Source of the DNA: a bacterium
Lineage (GTDB): Bacteria; Babelota; Babeliae; Babelales; JABCYS01
Direction: 5' to 3'
NCBI GenBank assembly: GCA_027452085.1
Contig: DAIDHG010000019.1
Coordinates: 1 to 16,788, forward strand
Length of the DNA: 16,788 nucleotides
The notes under the pieces are model-generated. The model was not told the DNA's origin. It made no database searches and was given only the letters and a program-made list of their open reading frames with translations. Both the position numbers and the translations under genes were made by a program. Within the stretch, counting starts at the first letter, position 1. Each line of letters begins with the position of its first letter. This document shows positions 1-8,445 of this stretch, one piece after another.

Positions 1-109
1 CTGAAGCTTTAGTTTTTAGCGGACTAGTAATCTTTTTAGATGTTGTCTTTGGCAGGCTTTTTGTATTTTTTGCCGGTGCTTTAGACATTACTTTATTGTT
101 CTTTGCCAT
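1..109 (-). CDS. 5' end of a CDS that runs off the window; Lys/Ala/Thr-rich N-terminus (MAKNNKVMSKAPAKNTKSLPKTTSKKITSPLKTKAS...), probably the primary sigma factor RpoD
   Basis: Hand translation: ATG at 109 on the minus strand with GAGGG upstream, and the frame stays open to the window edge. It lies 38 nt downstream of dnaG, and dnaG-rpoD is a conserved gene order. No sigma domain is visible within the window. Confidence 0.55.
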   Translation of the reverse strand, partial: MAKNNKVMSKAPAKNTKSLPKTTSKKITSPLKTKAS

Positions 110-147
110 GATGCTTGCCCTCAAAACATTGCTTTATGTACTACCGT

Positions 148-1905
148 TTAGAGACGGTTTTCCTTTATCTTGTTTTTTAGCTCTTCAAACTGTGCCAAAA
201 GTTGCGCCACGTGAGATGCATTGCCTTCAGCTTGTGCAGCCGATAGTGCGGTGCGAACTTCATGCATCTGCATCTGCCAATGTTTCTTTTGAAACTGTTG
301 AAATAACTGCTCAATGGTACGCGAGTCCTCTTCGTCACTTGCTGTAAGTTGTGCGACCAAGCGTTGGTGCTCTGCCGGTAACGAGGTTATGAATTCCGCC
401 AGCCTACTAGCTGGTTGTGCTATGCGTGCTTGCAAGATTAACTGCAGCAGTGGCGAAAAAGCGGAAATTATATGGGCAGACAGCACTTTCTCTAAGGACA
501 ACGTGCCCGAAAGTATAGCAGAAACCAGTTTTTTCTCTATTAATGGTATTTCGTTAGCCTCAACCTCAGCTGCGGACAGGGTAGTCACTTCATCTTGAGC
601 TGGGGCATGTTGTTTAGAGGGACGTTCATGACGCACTTCTTCGAATAGGATTTGGGTTGGTACTCCCATAATCTCAGCGGCTTGCTGAAGCAATAATCCT
701 TGTTTTAAAGGTTCACGAATGTTGCGTATCATATCGATAATCTTATGACCAGTTTTCAGCTTTTCACTTAAGGGAAGGGTGTTAAAGTTGGCCCCCAACG
801 TTTCTATGAAGAAGGAAAACAGATCCTTGGCTTTCAAAACATAACTATCAAGTGATGTTGCTGGTGACTGTAACAATGAGGCCGGATCTTGGCTTGGGGG
901 CAGCGTGATGACACGAAGTTCGAGATTTACTTCCCAGCAGAGTTCGGCCAAACGAAGCATGGCTTTTTGCCCGGCAGCATCCCCATCATATAACACGTAA
1001 ACGGTATGCACGTGGCGCGAAAGTAGTTTGAGATGTTCGCTTGTGCAGGCGGTGCCCAGTGTTGCTACCACATTGCCATAGCCAGCTTGTGCCATGGCGA
1101 TACAATCGGTGTAGCCCTCTACCAAAAAGGTAGTGCCTTTTTGGTGCATAGCTGCCTTGGCAACATCAAAGCCAAAAAGGAGTGATCCTTTGAGGAAAAA
1201 TTCGTGTTCGCGGGAATTATAATATTTGGCCCGTTCGTCATTGGCCTTGAAAATACGGCCGCCAAACCCGCAGATTCTTCCTACATGATCCTTAATGGGA
1301 AACAGAAGTCGTTCTTCAAACGGTGAGTAGAGCATCTGTCTGCCTTGCTCCACCAAATGCCATTTCAAAAGATCATCGATGAGAAATTTCTTGGTTGCCA
1401 GATAGGAAATTAATAATTTCAGCCCAGGCCCGCCGGGCAGATACCCTATGCACCAATTTCGTAAGGTTTCTTGTGTAAATCCTCGTTGGGCAAAATAGTT
1501 CAAAGCGGCTGGGTTTTTCAAAAGTTGTTCATGTGACCATTGTGCTACGGTGGCGTATAGTTCATGAAACCGTTTTCGTTCGTCAGATGAGCTGGCGCCG
1601 GGCGCTGTGGCTAGAATCTCTTGTGGCACTTCTAACTGGAAACGCTCAATTAAAAATTTTGCAGCATCCAATGGCGAGCAATGCTCTGCCTTTTCAATAA
1701 AACCAATCACATCACCCGTAACATGGCAACCAAAGCAATAAAAAATTTCTTTCAGGGGGCTTACGGTAAACGAGGCGGTGCGCTCACTATGAAAAGGGCA
1801 TGGGCCCTTGTGGTAACCACCAGCTTTTTTGAGGGCTACATATTCAGATACCACGTCCAAAATCTGTACGTGTGATTTTACAAACGAGAATAGATTTGTT
1901 GCCAT
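148..1905 (-). CDS. dnaG: DNA primase
   Basis: CHC2 zinc finger (CPFHSERTASF...CFGC), catalytic core motifs FGGR and KYYNS, and TOPRIM motifs VEGYTD and YDGDAAG; 585 aa. Confidence 0.98.
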   Translation of the reverse strand: MATNLFSFVKSHVQILDVVSEYVALKKAGGYHKGPCPFHSERTASFTVSPLKEIFYCFGCHVTGDVIGFIEKAEHCSPLDAAKFLIERFQLEVPQEILATAPGASSSDERKRFHELYATVAQWSHEQLLKNPAALNYFAQRGFTQETLRNWCIGYLPGGPGLKLLISYLATKKFLIDDLLKWHLVEQGRQMLYSPFEERLLFPIKDHVGRICGFGGRIFKANDERAKYYNSREHEFFLKGSLLFGFDVAKAAMHQKGTTFLVEGYTDCIAMAQAGYGNVVATLGTACTSEHLKLLSRHVHTVYVLYDGDAAGQKAMLRLAELCWEVNLELRVITLPPSQDPASLLQSPATSLDSYVLKAKDLFSFFIETLGANFNTLPLSEKLKTGHKIIDMIRNIREPLKQGLLLQQAAEIMGVPTQILFEEVRHERPSKQHAPAQDEVTTLSAAEVEANEIPLIEKKLVSAILSGTLSLEKVLSAHIISAFSPLLQLILQARIAQPASRLAEFITSLPAEHQRLVAQLTASDEEDSRTIEQLFQQFQKKHWQMQMHEVRTALSAAQAEGNASHVAQLLAQFEELKNKIKENRL

Positions 1906-1909
1906 TGCT

Positions 1910-3808
1910 CTACTGTTTCGCGGCTACGGTTGATCTATTAAATCTTCGTTCTCTGATCCTGAATATCAATAATGAAATTGCCGCAGGGGTCATGCCGGGA
2001 ATAAGTGAGGCCTGCGCAATGGTGTGTGGTTTAAACTTCATTAATTTTTGCTTCAATTCCGTCGACAGCCCATCAATGCCATTAATATCTAACCAGTCAG
2101 GAATAGGGAGCTCTTGAAACATGCGCGCCTTTTCAACTTCTTTCAGCTCGCGAGCAATATATGGGCTGTATTGAATTTCAGCTTGCACCGATAACAATGC
2201 TCGATCTGAAAGCTGAGGATTGATTGCCCGTAGCTCTGCCTGCCAGGCAGGCGCTTTTTCTGCAGTGAGCTGGTCACAATCAAGACCCGAGGTTTCATTG
2301 CTTTCTCGCGTTAAAAACATCTCAAAGAGCTGTTGTGGCGTTTTGGTTGCTCGTAATTTTGTGACTGTATCATCAATCAGATCCTTTTCCCGCTTCATGG
2401 CACTATACAGTTCATCATCAATGAGCCCGAGTGCGTGAGCCTTGGCGCCCAGACGATCAAACACATTATCCTGCCGCAATAACAATCTTCGTTCAGCACG
2501 AGAAGTGAACATGCGGTATGGTTCATCAACGCCGAGCGTGACCAAATCGTCTATCATGATACCAATGTAGCTCTCATGCCGATCAACCAGGGCAGCGCCA
2601 TGAGCTAATTTGCCACCATAGTCTTTCGTTTTCAGTGCTGCATTGATGCCAGCAATAATCCCTTGGCCGGCCGCCTCCTCATAGCCAGTAGTTCCATTAA
2701 TTTGACCGGCGCAGAAAAGGCCAGAAATTTTCTTTGTTTCTAAAGAATGATGGAGTTGGTGGGGCAGAATGAAATCGTATTCGACTGCATAGCCAGGGCG
2801 CACAATAATTGCATCCTCAAATCCTTCTATAGTGCGCACATATTGGAGCTGCACCTCGTAGGGCAGTGAGGTAGAAATACCGTTTGGGTAAATTTCTTCA
2901 GATGAGGCGCTTTCCGGTTCTACAAAAACTTGGTGCGATGTTTTGGTGGGAAAGCGAGCAATTTTATCTTCAATGCTCGGGCAATATCGCGGGCCAATCC
3001 CTTTGATATTGCCGCTATACATAGGCGAAAGATGTAAGTTGTCGGCAATGATTTTATGTGTGCGTTCATTGGTGCGTGTGATATAGCAATCTCGTATCGT
3101 AGTAACTTCTTGATCTTTAAATTCAAACAAATAGGTGAGCTTTTCTGTTTCCTGCTTGTGCATGCGACTAAAATCAAGAGATGAACGCAACAAACGCGGT
3201 GGCGTGCCTGTTTTTAAGCGCCCCATTTCAAGACCAAGTTGGTCAATGAAGGTTGAAAGATTGGCGACCGCCTCTTCCCCCTGGCGGCCAGCTGAATAAT
3301 GTGTCTGCCCGACGTGAATTAACCCTTTAAGGAAAGTGCCTGTTGTAATGACAACAGCAGGCGCTGTATAGGTTGCTCCTTCGCGGGTGCGAAGGCCTCT
3401 GATCTGACTGTTTTCAACTATCAGCTCTTCGACCATCCCTTGGACGATGGTAAGATTGGGGGTTTGGGCCAAGGTTTCCTGGGCGAGTTTGTTATAGGCA
3501 TGCTTGTCGATCTGTAATCGTAGCCCATGAACAGCAGGGCCTTTGCTTGTATTGAGCATGCGTGCTTGGAGGTAGGTTTTGCTGCACAGCTTCGGCATGA
3601 GGCCACCAAAGGCAGCAATCTCAAACACAATGTGCCCTTTGCCAACACCGCCAACGGCAGGGTTGCAGGGCATATAGCCAATGCGATCAATATTCAGGGT
3701 AACTAAAAGGGTGTTACGCCCCATGCGTGCGGCGGCATATGCGGCTTCAATGCCAGCATGGCCACCACCGACGACAATAACATCAAAATCGAAATGTGAG
3801 CTGCTCAT
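1910..3808 (-). CDS. mnmG: tRNA uridine-5-carboxymethylaminomethyl modification enzyme MnmG (GidA)
   Basis: GGGHAG FAD-binding motif, [47 protein letters not shown] and [11 protein letters not shown]. Confidence 0.98.
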   Translation of the reverse strand: MSSSHFDFDVIVVGGGHAGIEAAYAAARMGRNTLLVTLNIDRIGYMPCNPAVGGVGKGHIVFEIAAFGGLMPKLCSKTYLQARMLNTSKGPAVHGLRLQIDKHAYNKLAQETLAQTPNLTIVQGMVEELIVENSQIRGLRTREGATYTAPAVVITTGTFLKGLIHVGQTHYSAGRQGEEAVANLSTFIDQLGLEMGRLKTGTPPRLLRSSLDFSRMHKQETEKLTYLFEFKDQEVTTIRDCYITRTNERTHKIIADNLHLSPMYSGNIKGIGPRYCPSIEDKIARFPTKTSHQVFVEPESASSEEIYPNGISTSLPYEVQLQYVRTIEGFEDAIIVRPGYAVEYDFILPHQLHHSLETKKISGLFCAGQINGTTGYEEAAGQGIIAGINAALKTKDYGGKLAHGAALVDRHESYIGIMIDDLVTLGVDEPYRMFTSRAERRLLLRQDNVFDRLGAKAHALGLIDDELYSAMKREKDLIDDTVTKLRATKTPQQLFEMFLTRESNETSGLDCDQLTAEKAPAWQAELRAINPQLSDRALLSVQAEIQYSPYIARELKEVEKARMFQELPIPDWLDINGIDGLSTELKQKLMKFKPHTIAQASLIPGMTPAAISLLIFRIRERRFNRSTVAAKQ

Positions 3809-3848
3809 ATCTTTTGTATTAGCCTTAGGAATTCTAAAAGGTCATGGT

Positions 3849-3876
3849 AGTCTAAAGAAAATTGTTGAGCACGCAA
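3849..3876 (-). promoter_or_regulatory. Putative sigma70 promoter of the mnmG-dnaG-(rpoD) operon
   Basis: The minus strand reads TTGCGT-16 nt-TAGACT, about 40 nt upstream of the mnmG ATG. Confidence 0.4.
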
Positions 3877-3887
3877 AAGGAAACATC

Positions 3888-4634
3888 TTGAATCCAATGC
3901 TTTTTCACATATATGGCCCGGTATCCATCCAAGTCTGGGGTTTTATGATTGTTCTTGGTCTGGTAACGGCCACCTATCTTATGCGAAAAGACCCCTATAA
4001 ATTTCTTACCGACGAGCAGCTGTATGGTGCGATTTCGGGGGCCATATTATCAGGACTTATCGGATGTCGATTGCTATATATCTTCACTACGCCGGATCTG
4101 AGTTGGCGGGAGAGCATTTTTTCCTTCAGTGGCGGGGCTATACTCGGTGGTATTATCGCCATTGTCTTGTTTATAGTATGGTTTTCGCACAGTGTGCGAA
4201 AACCCGTGCTCAAAGTGCTCGATATGGTTGGCCTGTATGGCCCGCTTGTGTATGCCTTTAGGCGTATTGGCTGTTTTTTTGCCGGCTGTTGTTATGGCCT
4301 GCCAACTTCATTGCCCTGGGGCGTCACCTACACCCATGAGGAATCAGTAGCCCCTGTATGCATTGCCTTGCATCCAAGCCAGCTCTACAGTGCGGCATCG
4401 TTGGCCGCCATTTTTGGCTTATTGTATTGGTTGCGACCTCGGCTCAAGCAACCTGGGCAGCTCATTGCGCTCAGCATTTTTTTATTGAGCCTTGAGCGAT
4501 GTGTAAATGATTTTTTTCGTGCAGAGCATGGCGCTGCATTCATAAGCCCTATGCAGTGGATTGCCTTGAGTCTGATGGGAATATCATTGGCAGGGTTTGT
4601 TGTAGCCTCTCGACAACCAGCTAAAAGTTCATAG
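3888..4634 (+). CDS. lgt: Prolipoprotein diacylglyceryl transferase (GCCYG-type Lgt)
   Basis: Multi-TM protein with RIGCFFAGCCYGLPTSLPWG, HPSQLY and ERCVNDFFR. The ORF-track start (3681) overlaps mnmG. The likely real start is TTG at 3888, preceded by AAGGA, giving MNPMLFHIYGP; ATG at 3897 is the alternative. Confidence 0.9.
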   Translation: MNPMLFHIYGPVSIQVWGFMIVLGLVTATYLMRKDPYKFLTDEQLYGAISGAILSGLIGCRLLYIFTTPDLSWRESIFSFSGGAILGGIIAIVLFIVWFSHSVRKPVLKVLDMVGLYGPLVYAFRRIGCFFAGCCYGLPTSLPWGVTYTHEESVAPVCIALHPSQLYSAASLAAIFGLLYWLRPRLKQPGQLIALSIFLLSLERCVNDFFRAEHGAAFISPMQWIALSLMGISLAGFVVASRQPAKSS

Positions 4635-4656
4635 CGGTAGTTCAATTTTCAAAATC

Positions 4657-4686
4657 TTGCAATTCATTTGCGGAATTTGTTAAATT
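4657..4686 (+). promoter_or_regulatory. Putative sigma70 promoter of the AAA ATPase gene, inside an imperfect inverted repeat
   Basis: TTGCAA-18 nt-TAAATT with a TGn extended -10, followed by an AAGGA RBS before ATG 4706. Confidence 0.4.
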
Positions 4687-4705
4687 TTGTAAAAAAAGGA
4701 TCGCT

Positions 4706-5917
4706 ATGATTTATCGTGATATTATTCAGCATCTTCAGGAAATGGCCCGACAGTTTCGTGTTGTGGGGCTTGTGGGTCCACGGCAAGCGGGAAAAAGCAC
4801 GCTCATCGAGCAGGCATTTCCCAAACATCGCTACGTAAATCTTGAAAATATTAATACCTTAGTCGAAGCCAAAAACGATCCGCTTCATTTCCTTACCGCC
4901 TTTCCCAATGAACATGGGCTTATTATTGATGAAGCACAAAATGTTCCGGAACTATTTTCTTCATTACAAGTGATTGTAGATAAGCAACGACGACCGGGAT
5001 TTTATATTCTGACCGGATCACAAAATTTTTTGCTCAATGAGCGCATTAGCCAATCTTTGGCGGGGCGTATTGGGTTGGTTGAATTGCTTCCCTTATCGGT
5101 GCATGAATTGCAGGAAGCAGCGTTGTTGCCAACAAAAATCGATGAATTAATCCTGCGCGGTGGTTATCCAGAACTCTATGCTCATGGTACTGATTTGGAC
5201 AAATGGTTTGCGGCCTACATTCGTACCTATATTGAGCGTGATGTTCGCCAGGCTATTAGCACGGTAGACCTGGTCACTTTTCAAAAATTTCTGCGCCTTG
5301 CCGCCGCCCGGGTTGGTAATTTAATAAGTTGGTCAGATTTAGCGCGAGATGCAGATAATATGGCGCCAAATACAGCAAAATCTTGGATGTCAGTGTTGCA
5401 AGCAAGCTATATCGTCACCTTGCTGCCGCCCTATTTTGAAAATGTCTCCAAGCCATTAGTTAAAAGTCCAAAGCTCTATTTTCTCGATACTGGGTTGGCA
5501 TGTGCGTTATTACGCATTAGAACCGTGGACGATTTGATAGTCCACCCGCTGCGCGGTGCGCTCTTTGAGTCGTTTATTATCAGCGAACTATTTAAATCAA
5601 AATTTAATTATGGTCTTTTATGGGATTATTTCTTTTGGGGTGAGGCCCAAGGGTATGAAGTGGATGTCGTAATTGAAAAGGCCTACAAAAAGTTAATTCC
5701 CCTTGAGATCAAGGCTAGCATGACGTTAAATCCAGCCATGTTTGCGAATGTAACTAAATGGTTGAGTGAGCATCGCTTACAAGCGCAACCGGAGCAAAAA
5801 GGATATGTGATTTATGGCGGAGATGAAAATATTCCAGCCAAAGCTGCCGAGGTTATCTCGTGGCGCCATGTGCATGATTTAATTCAGAAGCTATATCTGG
5901 CTAAGAATTTAAATTGA
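4706..5917 (+). CDS. ATP-binding protein of the AAA_14 + DUF4143 type, with a C-terminal PD-(D/E)xK-like motif
   Basis: Walker A GPRQAGKS, Walker B IIDEAQ, family motifs LTGSQ, SLAGR, GGYPE, YIERD, KSPKLYFLDTGL and GALFES, and a C-terminal EVDVVI...PLEIK. Confidence 0.9.
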   Translation: MIYRDIIQHLQEMARQFRVVGLVGPRQAGKSTLIEQAFPKHRYVNLENINTLVEAKNDPLHFLTAFPNEHGLIIDEAQNVPELFSSLQVIVDKQRRPGFYILTGSQNFLLNERISQSLAGRIGLVELLPLSVHELQEAALLPTKIDELILRGGYPELYAHGTDLDKWFAAYIRTYIERDVRQAISTVDLVTFQKFLRLAAARVGNLISWSDLARDADNMAPNTAKSWMSVLQASYIVTLLPPYFENVSKPLVKSPKLYFLDTGLACALLRIRTVDDLIVHPLRGALFESFIISELFKSKFNYGLLWDYFFWGEAQGYEVDVVIEKAYKKLIPLEIKASMTLNPAMFANVTKWLSEHRLQAQPEQKGYVIYGGDENIPAKAAEVISWRHVHDLIQKLYLAKNLN

Positions 5918-6307
5918 GATGGTGTGTTTTCTTAAGATTTCAGCGATTTGATTTTTATTAACTTTGTCGACCGCTATATCAACGCCCAATTTAATACCGG
6001 TGCGATCAGACATGTTAATTTGGATACCGTTTAGTTTAAGAAAAACGATCATTGCTGCGATGCCAGTTCGCTTGTTGCCATCAACAAACGGATGATTCTT
6101 AATGAGGTGATAGGCATATGCAGCGGCCATTTCATAAAGATCTGGGTGAAAATAAGCAGTGCCATGTCCAGATGAGGGAACATTGAGCGCCGAATCAAGT
6201 AAGCCCATATTTCTTACCCCAAAGCTTCCGGAATAGATCTTTATGAGTACATCATGGATATCTAGAATTTCAGGAAGCTCTAAAAATTTTACATCCATCA
6301 ATATCAT
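5909..6307 (-). CDS. doc: Type II toxin, death-on-curing (Doc/Fic) family
   Basis: Fic motif of the Doc type, HPFVDGNKRTG, plus the typical N-terminal IH...G..GVR..GLLDSAL..P. Start is 6307 or 6298. Confidence 0.92.
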   Translation of the reverse strand: MILMDVKFLELPEILDIHDVLIKIYSGSFGVRNMGLLDSALNVPSSGHGTAYFHPDLYEMAAAYAYHLIKNHPFVDGNKRTGIAAMIVFLKLNGIQINMSDRTGIKLGVDIAVDKVNKNQIAEILRKHTISI

Positions 6308-6460
6308 TTAGAGTTTAGAAAGTTCACTAAATACTTTCCCATACTTTTTCAGAGTTTCTTCAAATGCGCGTTGAACCTCAGCTCTTTTACTTATCCTTGG
6401 GATCTTTGCTTGTTTGTTCTTCTTTTTGGGCTCTGCTTTTTTGATAGGCTTTTTTGTCAT
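6308..6460 (-). CDS. Small 50-aa putative antitoxin of Doc: MTKKPIKKAEPKKKNKQAKIPRISKRAEVQRAFEETLKKYGKVFSELSKL
   Basis: Hand translation; the ORF is too short for the supplied track. An AAGGA RBS precedes ATG 6460, and its stop abuts the doc start (TAA-ATG). The C-terminal amphipathic helix resembles the toxin-neutralising tail of Doc-associated antidotes. Confidence 0.75.
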   Translation of the reverse strand: MTKKPIKKAEPKKKNKQAKIPRISKRAEVQRAFEETLKKYGKVFSELSKL

Positions 6461-6484
6461 TTTTTTCCTTCCAATACATTTAGC

Positions 6485-7492
6485 TTACGTAGACCGCAAG
6501 AATCGATCAGCATCGATAGCGGCAGCTATACCCTGGCCAGCGGCAATGCCTGCTTGGTGATAGCGCTTATCAGCCACATCGCCTGCGGCAAAAACACCAG
6601 GAATCGATGTTCTTTGAGTGCGATCAAATAGTTCAATATTTCCATGCTCATCAAGCTCTAAAGTGCCACGGAATAAGTTGGTGTTAGGTAGATGGCCGAT
6701 GGCAATAAAAACACCATCGACGTCCATAGAGCTTCGTGACCTTCGTTTAGCATTGCTATCAATCAGGCTAATGACTAAGGATTTTTTCCCTTTTTTATCT
6801 GCTGGTTTGGTGGCAATTTTTTTAAGTTCAACATTAAAACGCACGGTGATATTTGGAGCTTGAGCAATTTTTTGCTGCATAGCATGCGAAGCGCGTAATT
6901 TATGACCGCGTACCAGCATGGTGACTTGGTTGGCATAGACTGCCAACTGTAATGCTTCCTCAGCGGCGCTGTCGCCCCCACCGATAACAATAGCATGTTT
7001 ATTTTTATAGAGCGGTGCATCGCAGATGGCGCAGGTGCTTACCCCATCGCCAAGATGTTCTTGTTCACCAGGTATACCAAGCAAACGAGGATTTGAGCCG
7101 GTCGCAATAATAACGGCGAGTGCTTGAATGGTAGAGCCTTCTTCAGTTTTTAATGTAAAGGGGCGTCGTGATAGATCTGCTTCAACGACTCGCTCTTGGA
7201 GTTGCTGTGCCCCATGCGACATTGCCTGTTCGGCAAGTTGTTCCATGACATCAACGCCCTGAGCGCGGGTAATGCCAGGCCAATTTTCAATATATGAAGT
7301 TTTTGTAAGTTGCCCGCCCGGCACATCACCAGTAATAACGAGCGTTTTATGCCCAAGGCGAGCTCCATAGAGACCAGCGCTCCAGCCAGCAGGGCCAGCA
7401 CCAATGATTGCAATATCAACCATGCGTGTTTGGCTTGCGTGTGTAATGCAGACAGCAAAGCACGCAAATAGAGTTATTATTTTTCGTGCCAT
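6485..7492 (-). CDS. trxB: Thioredoxin-disulfide reductase with an N-terminal signal-peptide-like extension
   Basis: IIGAGPAG FAD motif, GGQL...IENWPG, redox-active CAIC (STCAICD), GGGDSAAEEA and TSIPGVFAAGDV. An AGAGG RBS lies upstream of ATG 7492. Confidence 0.95.
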   Translation of the reverse strand: MARKIITLFACFAVCITHASQTRMVDIAIIGAGPAGWSAGLYGARLGHKTLVITGDVPGGQLTKTSYIENWPGITRAQGVDVMEQLAEQAMSHGAQQLQERVVEADLSRRPFTLKTEEGSTIQALAVIIATGSNPRLLGIPGEQEHLGDGVSTCAICDAPLYKNKHAIVIGGGDSAAEEALQLAVYANQVTMLVRGHKLRASHAMQQKIAQAPNITVRFNVELKKIATKPADKKGKKSLVISLIDSNAKRRSRSSMDVDGVFIAIGHLPNTNLFRGTLELDEHGNIELFDRTQRTSIPGVFAAGDVADKRYHQAGIAAGQGIAAAIDADRFLRST

Positions 7493-7506
7493 GGTATGGC
7501 CTCTAT

Positions 7507-8157
7507 TTATTTAACTTCCATTAATGGTTGTAAACGAAGTACGAGTTGGGCGAGCTTAAATGGATCACTGGTTAAAAAGTCGCGCTTAAAATCCGAAGGT
7601 AATAGATTTTGCACGTGAGGTTTGCCCAGCTTCGTTTTCAACTTCAAGATTTGCGTTTCGCCTAGGCAATCGAGCACGGTGTCGCGTAATGAAACATATT
7701 TTTGTTCATTATCATCACACAAAAGTGCTGCTAAAAGCAAAAACGTATCTAATTGTGAGATATGGTTTGCACATGAGATTTTTTTAAATGGACCGCGAGG
7801 CGATTTTTTGGGGCCACGCATCAGCTGCTCAGCAAGCTTATTAAAAATGGTCTCGCGCAGCTCTTGCGGGAGATGGTGAATAACGGCAGCCTTTTCTTCG
7901 TAAGAAGCGGTAAGGAGCTCTTGGCTGTTTACCAATTCCATAGTGCCCGAGCCCGAACGTTTTGGTAAGTGAAGAATTTTCTTCTCAAGTATAAGATCGA
8001 TAAGCTGATCAATAAGCTCTTCTTGAATGCGTTCTTTATGCGCAGTGAGTTCGCTCTGGACTTTCACGCCACGGTGCGGTGCTGCTTGAGCTAATGGCAC
8101 ATAGGCCATAGAAAGCATGGTAACAGCGAAAGTTAAAATCTTTATTTTTCTTTTCAT
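7507..8157 (-). CDS. Hypothetical secreted protein (about 216 aa, helical)
   Basis: Start reassigned to ATG 8157, which has a GGAG RBS. It begins with a Sec-type signal MKRKIKILTFAVTMLSMAYVPLAQA. No recognisable domain; co-directional with trxB with a 14 nt gap. Confidence 0.75.
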   Translation of the reverse strand: MKRKIKILTFAVTMLSMAYVPLAQAAPHRGVKVQSELTAHKERIQEELIDQLIDLILEKKILHLPKRSGSGTMELVNSQELLTASYEEKAAVIHHLPQELRETIFNKLAEQLMRGPKKSPRGPFKKISCANHISQLDTFLLLAALLCDDNEQKYVSLRDTVLDCLGETQILKLKTKLGKPHVQNLLPSDFKRDFLTSDPFKLAQLVLRLQPLMEVK

Positions 8158-8221
8158 GTTAATTCTCCAGGTTAGGTAACCCATCCATTTTGGGGTCGCC
8201 TCCATTGAAAAGGTAACGGCC

Positions 8222-8249
8222 AGTCTAATGGGCAAAACTCAATAGTCAA
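8222..8249 (-). promoter_or_regulatory. Putative sigma70 promoter of the hypothetical-trxB-antitoxin-doc unit
   Basis: The minus strand reads TTGACT-16 nt-TAGACT, about 65 nt upstream of ATG 8157. Confidence 0.5.
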
Positions 8250-8445
8250 AGCCTTTTTGTACATATAGAAATGTTTACCATTGATTATTGTATGTGATGT
8301 GGGTTATAGAATAAATTAATACATGCTGATGATTTTTGTGTTTTGCAAAAAAACAAATTGCAGCATGCGCGAATATTGGAAAACTCTTTAAAAGAGTTAA
8401 CTATTCGATTAACTTTGTGGGGCTTTTGAAAATTGTAAGGAACGC

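Noticed and set aside
3681..3887. N-terminal extension of Lgt in the ORF track
   Set aside because: It overlaps mnmG on the opposite strand. Lgt similarity and the RBS point to a start at 3888 or 3897.
4706..6460. Prophage or integrative element around doc
   Set aside because: No integrase, transposase, phage genes or flanking direct repeats were seen.
6371..6631. 86-aa hydrophobic plus-strand ORF
   Set aside because: It is the antisense shadow of the Lys-rich antitoxin and the trxB 3' end; poly-T codons create the apparent hydrophobicity.
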